Both the position numbers and the translations under genes were made by a program. Source: a virus (Duplodnaviria; Caudoviricetes). From it: DNA of 64,000 nt. Positions within the stretch are counted from its first letter, which is position 1. The number at the start of each line of letters is the position of its first letter. Of this stretch, positions 10,494-19,348 are shown one piece after another. Location of the stretch: IMG/VR virus record IMGVR_UViG_3300018405_000011. One strand, written 5' to 3'. Under the pieces are notes generated by a model. That model made no database searches, had not been told where the DNA came from, and was given only the letters and a program-made list of their open reading frames with translations.

Positions 10494-11288
10494 ATGAGTA
10501 CTATTGCGCTATACGAATGCAACATACTGAAAAGTAAAAATAAGGTTGGTCGATTAAAGACTGATGCAAATGGCTATCGTGAGATATGTCTAGGGGCGTT
10601 TAACTGCTTAACCGAGAAGGGGGAATTCTATCCTTTTACACAGGCGGTTAAAAACATGTTTAAACCCGGTTCCCGTCTACTACACCAAATCGAAACAGGT
10701 CGTCTGCGTGGGGAAATTGAGCACCCTTACCCAGTACCAGGCATGACATTCCCACAATACCTCAACCGCGTAAAGATGGTTCACAATCAGTTTGTCGCCC
10801 ATCATATCAAATCTGTACGTTTAGAGACGGCTAAAGACCATCGCGGTAATAATGTCGTTAGTGTTATCGGTATGGTAAAAGGTTCAGGTCCATATGGAGA
10901 ACAACTCGATAAGAAATTTGAGAACCCAGATGAGAACGTAGATTTCTCGGTACGTACGTTAACTACCCCTACTCCTGAAATCAATGGTGTTCCTCAAAAG
11001 GTGATTAATTTACTGATTACTTGGGACCAAGTTAACATGGGCGGTGTAGCTATTGCTAACCGTTATGATACTCCTTCTCTAGAATCTATGGATAGTGACA
11101 TCATATGGACACCAGAAAACGCACAGCGCTTTGAAATTACAGAAGCGACTCTAGCGGCGGCTGAACTCTGTGAGTCTGTAGGTACGGGCATGGAAAGCGA
11201 TATGCTCATTGACTCTACACTTATCCGCACCAGTCTAGGCTGGGAAAAGGTACAGCTTATTGGTCCTCGTAGCTCAGTAAACTGGTAA
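10494..11288 (+). CDS. Prohead (head maturation) protease, phiKZ gp175-like
   Basis: RLRGEIEHP His motif, VDFSVRTL Ser motif and ITWDQVN Asp motif of phage prohead serine proteases. Confidence 0.78.
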   Translation: MSTIALYECNILKSKNKVGRLKTDANGYREICLGAFNCLTEKGEFYPFTQAVKNMFKPGSRLLHQIETGRLRGEIEHPYPVPGMTFPQYLNRVKMVHNQFVAHHIKSVRLETAKDHRGNNVVSVIGMVKGSGPYGEQLDKKFENPDENVDFSVRTLTTPTPEINGVPQKVINLLITWDQVNMGGVAIANRYDTPSLESMDSDIIWTPENAQRFEITEATLAAAELCESVGTGMESDMLIDSTLIRTSLGWEKVQLIGPRSSVNW

Positions 11289-11297
11289 GGGGGGATT

Positions 11298-11597
11298 ATG
11301 GAGTATATTGATATTGCTTTTGGGGTCACCTATGTAGTACTGATAGCGGCACTTCAATATGTTAAGCTGTTTATGACCGAGAAAGAACTTCAGTTCTGGG
11401 CTCCGATACTCCGTCAACTTATCCTAGTGATGGCTGGGTTTCGTGTACAAGTCGGTGCTAACGGTAATGTTACCTTTACCCAAGGCACGGCTTATGTAAG
11501 TCACGATACCGTTAAAGGAAGGACGGGTAAACTCATATTAGCCATCCAGTCCATTGCAACGGCTTTGGCCGGTGGCGGCGCATACGTTACAGGGTAA
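11298..11597 (+). CDS. Small hydrophobic membrane protein
   Basis: 99 aa, GGGGG RBS, hydrophobic N- and C-terminal segments. Confidence 0.55.
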   Translation: MEYIDIAFGVTYVVLIAALQYVKLFMTEKELQFWAPILRQLILVMAGFRVQVGANGNVTFTQGTAYVSHDTVKGRTGKLILAIQSIATALAGGGAYVTG

Positions 11598-11647
11598 ATG
11601 TTAGGTGGCTAGGGGCTTAGAGTGCCTCTAGCTGCTGTTTTTCTGTG

Positions 11648-11675
11648 TTTCAAGAAAACGTGACACCTATATAAC
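11648..11675 (+). promoter_or_regulatory. Phage early-type promoter (ACCTATATAAC) with an extended upstream element
   Basis: Matches the recurrent ACCTATATWMC motif, similar to the phiKZ early TATATTAC promoter. Positions 11648-11672 are identical over 25 bp to 47424-47448. Confidence 0.7.
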
Positions 11676-11771
11676 CATAATGAATTAACCAATATAAAAC
11701 GAAAGTTTTCTCTCCTCTAGATACTTAAGTATCTAGAGGAGAGAGAGACTTTTTTATTTAGAGGAGTCACC

Positions 11772-12047
11772 ATGTACGCTTTTATATTACGTGCGATTAA
11801 CTATACGCCCAAAGGGGAGCACCCTACTAAAACCAGTAAGGTCAAAATGGCTTTAGGTGTATTTCTACTGATTGGCTTCTTTCTATCAATAGCATGGCTT
11901 ACTGTTACAGGGCACCCACTGGAAGCCCTAGAACTGATTACGGCACTTATAGTCGTCTATGTACTAGCAACACCCAAACCGCGTGTTGAAAAGAAAAAGC
12001 CTGCTAAAAAAGAAACCGAAACTAAAACTGATACAGATACGGAGTAA
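11772..12047 (+). CDS. Small two-TM membrane protein
   Basis: GAGGAG RBS; two hydrophobic helices and a charged tail. Confidence 0.7.
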   Translation: MYAFILRAINYTPKGEHPTKTSKVKMALGVFLLIGFFLSIAWLTVTGHPLEALELITALIVVYVLATPKPRVEKKKPAKKETETKTDTDTE

Positions 12048-12053
12048 TATCAC

Positions 12054-12302
12054 ATGTTTGCAACTATTAAATCTCGCATGATTCGCCTTGGGAACTTTCT
12101 TATTTTTAACTACTTAGATTGTGCAATCGAAAGACCTATCTCACTTATTATCAATATACTCGTAGCAACTGCGATTGTTTATGCACTTGCCTTTATGGGC
12201 ATTACTGGCTTTATAGGCGCATTACTAGGAGCTATCATTAACATTTCTCTTAAACGTGCTGTACTGCTGTTTTGTTTAAATCGCTCATGTGCTTATGCAT
12301 AA
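12054..12302 (+). CDS. Small membrane protein with MFATIK N-terminus
   Basis: GGAG RBS; two hydrophobic segments. Confidence 0.7.
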   Translation: MFATIKSRMIRLGNFLIFNYLDCAIERPISLIINILVATAIVYALAFMGITGFIGALLGAIINISLKRAVLLFCLNRSCAYA

Positions 12303-12350
12303 GCACTGATTCATAACTCCACCACCAACCCATTAAGAAGGAACACTATT

Positions 12351-12608
12351 ATGTTTGCCGCTATTAAAAATACGTTTAACCGTACCGTTAACGACTTTAA
12401 ACACTCAGGTGTTTACATTACATGTAGTGCGTTTGCATCAGTCTATCTGCTTGTTATGCTAGTATGTATCGCCGTTCTAGCAATTTCCATTATGCTAGAA
12501 TCCATCTTCCATATGGCAGGGATGCTATGCATCGTAGCACTCGTTGCGTTTATCGTCGATTGCGCTCTAACTTACTACAAATCTGACCTTAGTACTGTAC
12601 TTGCTTAA
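12351..12608 (+). CDS. Small membrane protein with MFAAIK N-terminus
   Basis: AAGGAA RBS; two long hydrophobic segments. Confidence 0.7.
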   Translation: MFAAIKNTFNRTVNDFKHSGVYITCSAFASVYLLVMLVCIAVLAISIMLESIFHMAGMLCIVALVAFIVDCALTYYKSDLSTVLA

Positions 12609-12655
12609 GTACACTCTAAACTACAACCATTACTTTATTAAGAAGGAACATTACC

Positions 12656-12994
12656 ATGTTTGCTACTATTAAAAACGCTTTAACTGTTGCGCTAGAAGCA
12701 ACAAAAGAATTCTTCATGGGCTTAAATCTAACAATGGTGTTAGGTGCAGTCGGTCTATTAGCTGCGGCTGCCTTAACTTGGTCCCTATGTAAACGTTACC
12801 TTGCTAAGAAAAACTCTACTGAGTCTAACGACTCGGCAGCAACCGAAGAGGTAGTAAAGCCTGCGGAAACTAACGCGACTGTATCCGAACAAGCTAAAGA
12901 GTTTAGTGCTGTAAAAGAGTCCATCGCAAAAATCCACGGGGACATTGAAGAGGTTCTAGAACAACTCGACGGTACCGCTGTGGCTAACGCTTAA
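12656..12994 (+). CDS. Membrane-anchored coiled-coil protein with MFATIK N-terminus
   Basis: AAGGAA RBS; one TM segment and an acidic helical C-terminus. Confidence 0.7.
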   Translation: MFATIKNALTVALEATKEFFMGLNLTMVLGAVGLLAAAALTWSLCKRYLAKKNSTESNDSAATEEVVKPAETNATVSEQAKEFSAVKESIAKIHGDIEEVLEQLDGTAVANA

Positions 12995-13079
12995 CACAAC
13001 AATTAAGGTCGCTAGCGCAACCAGAAGGCATCTCTGCAGGGGTGCCTTCGACTGGCGCTATAGGCCGACTGGAGGACAT

Positions 13080-13832
13080 ATGTTTAGTACACTCATTAAT
13101 AAAATTACCCAACACGCCAGACGAGTAGGAATGGCCATACTGGTTATATTAACCCTAGGTTTCTACTCTCCAGCAGATTATGCTTTCCGGGTTCAAGTCG
13201 ACGTCGCCATGCCAGAGCCGCGTACTGTAGAAGTGCCATGCTGCTATAAAGAATCTCCGGTACATAAAACTGCGCCTATGCAAACAAATTCACCGGTGGA
13301 TAAAGAGAGCCATGCTTTTGACTTTCTTTCGAGTGACACAATGCCAACTCCTAAAAAGGAAACGGTAGAAAGCGCTCCTGTAGCCTCCCCTTATGTGAAT
13401 CAGCGACCAGTAATAGGTGCACGTAAACGCGCTTATATTACGGCGTCAGAGCACGAGGAACGTATTCGTCAAAGAGGACTTTACTCTAACACTCCTGTAA
13501 ACAGTATGGTGTATGAGGATGGGAATATATTTCAATTAGACCACCGTCAGTATACGCCTCGCTTTTCTATAAATCCAGGCGACATCGCGATGGAAGGTTT
13601 TCAGAAGAACATTACCGACTATTACTTACTAACCGGTGTAACGATAGACGACCATCCTTTAAATGAGGAAGAAACGGTACGTTTAGATTTACCACGGGAC
13701 CATCCATACTATGGCATGCGTCAAATCGATATATGGAAAGCTCTAAATTACCCTGACTTACGCCCTGGCGTACCAGGTGATGCGCGATATGCCCGTTATG
13801 GCTTATTATCCGTGAACGAGACCCTCGTTTAA
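13080..13832 (+). CDS. Membrane-anchored hypothetical protein with MFSTLI N-terminus
   Basis: GGAGGA RBS; N-terminal hydrophobic segment, Pro-rich linker, globular C-terminus. Confidence 0.7.
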   Translation: MFSTLINKITQHARRVGMAILVILTLGFYSPADYAFRVQVDVAMPEPRTVEVPCCYKESPVHKTAPMQTNSPVDKESHAFDFLSSDTMPTPKKETVESAPVASPYVNQRPVIGARKRAYITASEHEERIRQRGLYSNTPVNSMVYEDGNIFQLDHRQYTPRFSINPGDIAMEGFQKNITDYYLLTGVTIDDHPLNEEETVRLDLPRDHPYYGMRQIDIWKALNYPDLRPGVPGDARYARYGLLSVNETLV

Positions 13833-13915
13833 TTTCGCAATAATTAACCACCCTGGGGCTTTCTATAGAGCCCCCCTTTTGTTCAAACTACAACTCTAGA
13901 TGGTAAGGAAACAAC

Positions 13916-14206
13916 ATGAAACACCTTAAAACTATAAGAACTACGCTAGGTAACCGAAAAGAAATGGACGATTTCTTTCTACGATTTAAGACCACTAAAA
14001 CCCTCAGCCACGCTTTTGAAAGTGTCTTACGTCGAAACAATGTTGATTTAAACTGTGAAACCTTTAAGTGTGCTAAAGAAAGCGCCATTCGTCGAAAAGC
14101 CCCTGCCGTAGTACTTGAGTTTATTGAGGCAGCGGAGGCAAGAGAAGAAGCCTTAGCTAAACATTCATTACAGGTAAGTACAGACGGTTGGTTTATTGAC
14201 CTCTAA
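13916..14206 (+). CDS. Hypothetical protein
   Basis: AAGGAA RBS; 96 aa. Confidence 0.6.
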   Translation: MKHLKTIRTTLGNRKEMDDFFLRFKTTKTLSHAFESVLRRNNVDLNCETFKCAKESAIRRKAPAVVLEFIEAAEAREEALAKHSLQVSTDGWFIDL

Positions 14207-14237
14207 ACGCGACAGTTGCATTTATAAAGCAAGTAAA

Positions 14238-14248
14238 ACCTATATTTC
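14238..14248 (+). promoter_or_regulatory. Phage early-type promoter motif
   Basis: AAAACCTATATTTCCATAATG, nearly the same context as 45731. Confidence 0.6.
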
Positions 14249-14286
14249 CATAATGATAATCAACCCACAATCAGAGAGTGAAAACT

Positions 14287-14709
14287 ATGAATAGTACAGT
14301 ATCCGCACTAGCTAAACTACTAAAAGGTAAAGTACGTGAAGACGATGGTCTTATTGTAGCTGGTAAAGAAACCTATGTGGAATTAAGACCTGAAGGCGTT
14401 ACTGAAGAACAACTAGACAAAGTCAATCAGTACAATACGGATTACCTGGCGGCTTCAGCATTGGTTACCGGTGAACTTGCACATGCGTCACCTCATGATA
14501 CCGTTAATGGTGCATTTGAAGGCGGTGACCATATTGGCTTTGAACATCTCTTTCAAAGAAAGGTCACTATCGAAGGGGAAGAGCGTCATAACTACATGAC
14601 ATCTGCCATTATGAATGACTTCGGTACATCTAAAGATGGTATTGCTGCGGTACATAGCCATATTGCCCAGCTAATTACTTCTGAAGAAACCGTCGCTGAA
14701 GAAGAGTAA
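14287..14709 (+). CDS. Acidic hypothetical protein
   Basis: ATG at 14287 preferred over GTG at 14278; followed by a hairpin terminator at about 14725-14752. Confidence 0.6.
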   Translation: MNSTVSALAKLLKGKVREDDGLIVAGKETYVELRPEGVTEEQLDKVNQYNTDYLAASALVTGELAHASPHDTVNGAFEGGDHIGFEHLFQRKVTIEGEERHNYMTSAIMNDFGTSKDGIAAVHSHIAQLITSEETVAEEE

Positions 14710-14789
14710 GGTCCCTATTGGCTAGATGAGGGAGGGAAAACCTTCCCTCATCTAATAAAGTCTGCTTTTATTAATAGAAGGAAAGTGCC

Positions 14790-15035
14790 GTGATATATCT
14801 AGGACGATTGGAAACTCCTAAACAAGTTAACAATGAGCGCGTTGCGCTGATTGCAAAATTCATGCGATTAACTAACCGCATTAGCCAATTAAAGAAAAAG
14901 TACGTAGGGAAAGTCCCGTACTGCAAAACTAAAATTACTCCGGTCAGTGGTGACTGCACCATTGAAAGTATTACCATGCAAATTACTCAAGCGGAACAGG
15001 TATTACGCGAACTTCAGGAAGGGGCGGCGACATGA
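14790..15035 (+). CDS. Hypothetical basic protein
   Basis: GTG start after AAGGA; ATGA overlap with the next ORF. Confidence 0.55.
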   Translation: MIYLGRLETPKQVNNERVALIAKFMRLTNRISQLKKKYVGKVPYCKTKITPVSGDCTIESITMQITQAEQVLRELQEGAAT

Positions 15036-15211
15036 CCATGAAAGACCCGATTTCTGGTGAGCTCATGGATGTATTTGCTCCTATTCTTTTTATTGAAGAA
15101 GATGAAGAGCCGGTCGATGTGTTAGGGAACATCGATTTCGATGAGTACTTCTTTGACCCTACCCATCTCATCGATATGGAAGATGCGGTTCCCCCAGAAC
15201 CAGAACCATAA
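15032..15211 (+). CDS. Very acidic 59-aa protein, not in the ORF track
   Basis: Start overlaps the upstream stop (ATGA); MTMKDPISGELMDVFAPILFIEEDEEPVDVLGNIDFDEYFFDPTHLIDMEDAVPPEPEP; ends at a terminator. Confidence 0.55.
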   Translation: MTMKDPISGELMDVFAPILFIEEDEEPVDVLGNIDFDEYFFDPTHLIDMEDAVPPEPEP

Positions 15212-15216
15212 AAGAA

Positions 15217-15255
15217 CTCTTCCTCTCTAGTGCCTAGGCACTAGAGAGGAAAGAG
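15217..15255. terminator. Bidirectional terminator between converging operons
   Basis: CTCTTCCTCTCTAGTGCC / GGCACTAGAGAGGAAAGAG inverted repeat with A- and T-rich flanks. Confidence 0.7.
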
Positions 15256-15272
15256 TCATCTTATTTTTTTTA

Positions 15273-16133
15273 TTACAAGCTAGATGCTACGTTGTTTACA
15301 GCAGCACGCCCACCAATAGGCACAGCATCATCCGCTACGTTAACCGATAGCCCTGAAGTAAATGCAGTTAATGAGCGTGGCGCTAGGCCCTGCTTATTCA
15401 CTGAATCCAAATACTCCATGGCCATTGCGTTAACGGCGTCGCCTACCATAGTAAATGCCGTGAACTCTACTGACTGTTCTAGACCTTCTAAGGCTTCGCC
15501 TACCGCACGTTGCGATTCGTCTGTAAAGCCCTTAGGCATCATGTTTGAGCACAGGAACGCTGAAGTTACACCTGTCATTGAACGGTTAGGTTCAATAAAC
15601 AACACAACCATTGACTGGAAGTCTGGAGTAATCGCAGGCGAACCTGCTTCTTCATACGACGGTTTATTAATGATTGAAGGGTGACCTAAGTCGCCTTCTT
15701 GCATTAACTCATCCATCCAGTCTTCGATGATGCGAGTAATCGGCTTACCGTCTAACTCGTCCCATACGAAAGTAGGAGTAGAACGGTCACGAGTAACCTT
15801 AGTTACCGTTTCAAACATCTCGCCGCCATTGGATGCAATTGTTTCTAAGAATTCGGCGTTCTTAGAACGTACGAGGCCCGTAATGGATTTTGGTAACAAT
15901 TCAACCATTGCCTTTAAAAAGGCAATGCGGTCCGTACCGTCATCCTGTAGCTGCATACCTGTAGGTTCTTGAATAAGAACCGCAATTAAGCGGCCCTTAA
16001 CCAGTTTACCTGCATTTGCCCAGTTAGCAAAATCAGGGATGAAGCCGTTTTGACCGCCCACACGTGGGTCAGCCACACCTGAGTTTGAATTACGGTTCAA
16101 ACTGTGGGCGCTGTCTAATAAAACCTGTGACAT
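15273..16133 (-). CDS. Tail tube protein (phiKZ gp30-like)
   Basis: 286 aa directly after the sheath gene; FVWDELDGKPI and SAFLCSNMMPK motifs. Confidence 0.8.
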   Translation of the reverse strand: MSQVLLDSAHSLNRNSNSGVADPRVGGQNGFIPDFANWANAGKLVKGRLIAVLIQEPTGMQLQDDGTDRIAFLKAMVELLPKSITGLVRSKNAEFLETIASNGGEMFETVTKVTRDRSTPTFVWDELDGKPITRIIEDWMDELMQEGDLGHPSIINKPSYEEAGSPAITPDFQSMVVLFIEPNRSMTGVTSAFLCSNMMPKGFTDESQRAVGEALEGLEQSVEFTAFTMVGDAVNAMAMEYLDSVNKQGLAPRSLTAFTSGLSVNVADDAVPIGGRAAVNNVASSL

Positions 16134-16148
16134 TTATCCGGCCTCCGG

Positions 16149-18182
16149 TTACGCATCGAGGTCGCTACGGCGACGAGCGATGATGTTAAATTGCTGAACA
16201 GTGCGCATAACATCTGCATAGACTTCAATGTCCATGTTAGAGCTATATCCACGCAGTTCGTCGGCGGCGGTCTTATAAGACGTTCCACGAATCGTCACGC
16301 GACCGTCGTAACGGTTAGCGACTTTACCATCGAACGTTTCTTCTACACGTTGATGATATTGGGAATCTGTCTCTTTAGAACCACCTGACGTCTGTGCCCA
16401 AGTCAGTGCTGCTTGTTTAGTCACATCCACCATGATTTGCATCACGATGTCTGAGTTTAGTACCGAAGTACTGTTCTCATAGATGGACTGAATAGCCGGC
16501 CAACCGATTTCAGTACGGCCTAGGTATTCAACACCGTTGACGCCATAATCCCAGAAGTTGTCTTTTGGTGTCTGTGGCACATACGTGTTAGTCACACCTG
16601 ACAACTCAGTAACCAGTTTTGCTGGGTACTCGTCATAAGACTCAACCGACTTCATAATGCCGCTACCAGCACCTAGGTACTTAGCACGTTTATGGATTAA
16701 GTCAATGATGAGTGGTACGGTACGTTTACGTAAAGAAGACGTCCATGTACCTACAGAGCGAGTAATGGTAGCACGGCAGACACCCGTACCATAGACGCTA
16801 GACTCTGGAGTCAGACGTGCGGCGTTAAGTAGCACTAACGCTACTGAGCTTTCAGCAGCAATGTCATTTGGAACCGTACCTTCGACATGTGTACAGATAC
16901 CAACGTGGATGTCCGGTCTTTGACCTAGAGTCGCCAACATTGATTTCTTAGTGTCTAATGTAAAGCCAGTGTCGTACATTACTGAGAATGGGAATCGCAA
17001 CATGTCCTTTACAGGGTTCAGTGGGTTTTCCCAACCAGTTTCAAGCTCACTGCGTACAAGATCGTCGTACGTAGCATCTGTCATGTCACCGTCATCACCA
17101 CCTTTTAAGTAGTGTGTTGTTGCGCTATTTAGGGCAACAGAGTCCGATGATAGACGCACGGTTTCGTGCTCGATACCTTCCCAGCTAATCGCGGTAAATG
17201 GGTTGATTAGATGTGCGTCGGCAATGGCCGTGCCCGTTTCTGCTTCTTCAGTTACCTTAATGGCATCGAGGATAGTTTTTAGGTTATCTTCGTAGAAGTA
17301 GATTTGACCAAAAGGACCATAGCGCTTGACTTGACCCGCTGTAAAGTCTTGCCAGTCTTCCACTAGACGCTCTAGACCAAATGTTTGACCCGTGTTCTTA
17401 TTAGTAACACCTGGCTTAAAGCTCACATCAATCGAACGGTCAGCATTAATAGAAGGAACCACGACAGGTGTACTTTCTGCAGTTTCACGCTCAACGATCG
17501 CAAAGCGGTACATCATGGTGTTTTGGTCTTCTACTACAAATGCATCGGCTGGGTCAGCCGTTTTCAAATGTGGTACCGACATACGCATGCCGATGTTATT
17601 GCCGTATTTACCTTTAGAAGACGCTTCGAATTCTAAAATAGGGTAAATAGTCGATTCTTCACCGACTTTACCCACTAAGGTACCCGGAGTTTGATTTGGA
17701 ATCGCACCGGCTTCGAGTTCATCGACTGGGGATACTGTCCAGCGGATTAAAGAACCATCAAAGGTTACACCACTGTTGGTAATAGGGCCGTTCTCATCCG
17801 AAGTAACAGTGCCATCGGTAGCACGTACGTATTCTTCGAATGTTTGAACTACGACTTCTGCGCTTAGTACAAAGCGCCCTTTCTTAGCCGTTTCACTTAG
17901 GATACGGTGGACATAAAAAGCATTACCCGCAGCGTTAGCTGTGAGTGCGGCTACGGTTTGGTGTGAGAAGTATTCTTTCAGTTCGTCTGCGGCATCTTTA
18001 CCATACATACGTAGGAAATCTGCGCCAACCACCAACTCATCCGTCTCAGGACCTTTTGGTGTACGAAGGAAAAAGCGTGGTAAGTGGATAGGCAACTCGT
18101 CGCGCTCTGCAGGTAACGCACGGGTTGACAAATCTTGCCAGCCTTTGAATACTGCTCTTGGAGTACTTTTATTAAGAGACAT
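16149..18182 (-). CDS. Contractile tail sheath protein (phiKZ gp29-like)
   Basis: 677 aa; N-terminal GWQDLS...PIHLP, LKGGDDG and YDTGFTLDTKK motifs. Confidence 0.85.
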   Translation of the reverse strand: MSLNKSTPRAVFKGWQDLSTRALPAERDELPIHLPRFFLRTPKGPETDELVVGADFLRMYGKDAADELKEYFSHQTVAALTANAAGNAFYVHRILSETAKKGRFVLSAEVVVQTFEEYVRATDGTVTSDENGPITNSGVTFDGSLIRWTVSPVDELEAGAIPNQTPGTLVGKVGEESTIYPILEFEASSKGKYGNNIGMRMSVPHLKTADPADAFVVEDQNTMMYRFAIVERETAESTPVVVPSINADRSIDVSFKPGVTNKNTGQTFGLERLVEDWQDFTAGQVKRYGPFGQIYFYEDNLKTILDAIKVTEEAETGTAIADAHLINPFTAISWEGIEHETVRLSSDSVALNSATTHYLKGGDDGDMTDATYDDLVRSELETGWENPLNPVKDMLRFPFSVMYDTGFTLDTKKSMLATLGQRPDIHVGICTHVEGTVPNDIAAESSVALVLLNAARLTPESSVYGTGVCRATITRSVGTWTSSLRKRTVPLIIDLIHKRAKYLGAGSGIMKSVESYDEYPAKLVTELSGVTNTYVPQTPKDNFWDYGVNGVEYLGRTEIGWPAIQSIYENSTSVLNSDIVMQIMVDVTKQAALTWAQTSGGSKETDSQYHQRVEETFDGKVANRYDGRVTIRGTSYKTAADELRGYSSNMDIEVYADVMRTVQQFNIIARRRSDLDA

Positions 18183-18397
18183 CTATGAAATCCTCAAGAC
18201 AGTTTATAAACTTGTTTGCTCTAACGTTAAAGCGGCTAAATCCCATAGGGAATACCCTAGGGCGTAACTCCGCCACGAGTCACTTTTTAACAGACTGATT
18301 AGTGTTCACCTTATTACAGCAGGGTAAACTCTATAAGATTGGTATTAAATAAAAACAGGCCTAGCTAATCTGTTTTTCTTACACTCTGGATATAATC

Positions 18398-19330
18398 ATG
18401 ATTGATACAGCATATGAAACTACCTACGGGCGTCAGTTTAAAAACCTTTTTACTGAAGCCATGGATTTCTCCATTAAAAACATTCTAAGACGCAGTGACA
18501 ATATTCTTCCTTTCGGAGAGAAAGAAAACCTCTTTAAAATCTCTCCTGAGATTACGACTGATGAACTCCTGCCTTTCCGTTTACCGGTTTCTTTTACTTA
18601 CCGAGACAAGTTCTATACGGTAGTTGACACACGTGCATTCGAAGGGGCAGACGGTAAGATTCGTCAGCAGCGTGAACTTGATGCTTTAGCGATGCGTGCT
18701 AAATACATGCACAGTTGGATTGAAGAGCCAAGTCTCTATGAATCTGTCTTACCCGAACTGTCCATTCTTTTTGCGGAATGGATGGTTCAATCCATTACTC
18801 AACGCCACGGTCCTACCATTGCCCAGCAAGAAATTATTCGCATTTATCTAGCATGTTATTACCGTACCCTTATGTTTACGGCGGACGACTTAAAACAAGT
18901 CGATGCAGATTATCTCGGTGAAGTCCTATTTAAGTTTGCAGTGACTCAACTTAAAATGCCGCGTGACTTTGTTACTAGCGTTATGGAAGATGAGAACTTT
19001 ATTAAGGTTCTTAACAACCTGATTGCCGTAGGTAAAAGCGACTTAAATAACTGGTTGACTGGGCTTAACCTCTATCTAGATACACCGGCAATACGTTTAG
19101 ACAGTTCGGCGTTAATTATCCTGACGGTATCCGCGAGCTGGATGGGTTGGGGTGCACAAGACATTGCCGGTACGGCTATTGAGTATCCGCCTATGTTAGC
19201 CTACATGGCCAATATGGCGATGACCCTAGGGGTCTATCGACGCACCAAGATAGGAATGGCTGTAGAAGCCTGTAAGCGTCGACGTGTGAAAATGGAGACC
19301 TTAACCAGTTGGGCAAAGGAAATCATCTAA
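18398..19330 (+). CDS. Structural protein (phiKZ gp28-like)
   Basis: Starts MIDTAYETTYG; divergent from the sheath; synteny with gp28-27-26-terminase. Confidence 0.6.
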   Translation: MIDTAYETTYGRQFKNLFTEAMDFSIKNILRRSDNILPFGEKENLFKISPEITTDELLPFRLPVSFTYRDKFYTVVDTRAFEGADGKIRQQRELDALAMRAKYMHSWIEEPSLYESVLPELSILFAEWMVQSITQRHGPTIAQQEIIRIYLACYYRTLMFTADDLKQVDADYLGEVLFKFAVTQLKMPRDFVTSVMEDENFIKVLNNLIAVGKSDLNNWLTGLNLYLDTPAIRLDSSALIILTVSASWMGWGAQDIAGTAIEYPPMLAYMANMAMTLGVYRRTKIGMAVEACKRRRVKMETLTSWAKEII

Positions 19331-19348
19331 CCATTTTAGGGGCGCACC

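Noticed and set aside
11298-11597. Possible holin
   Set aside because: Only hydrophobicity supports it; no endolysin is adjacent and no family motif was recognised.
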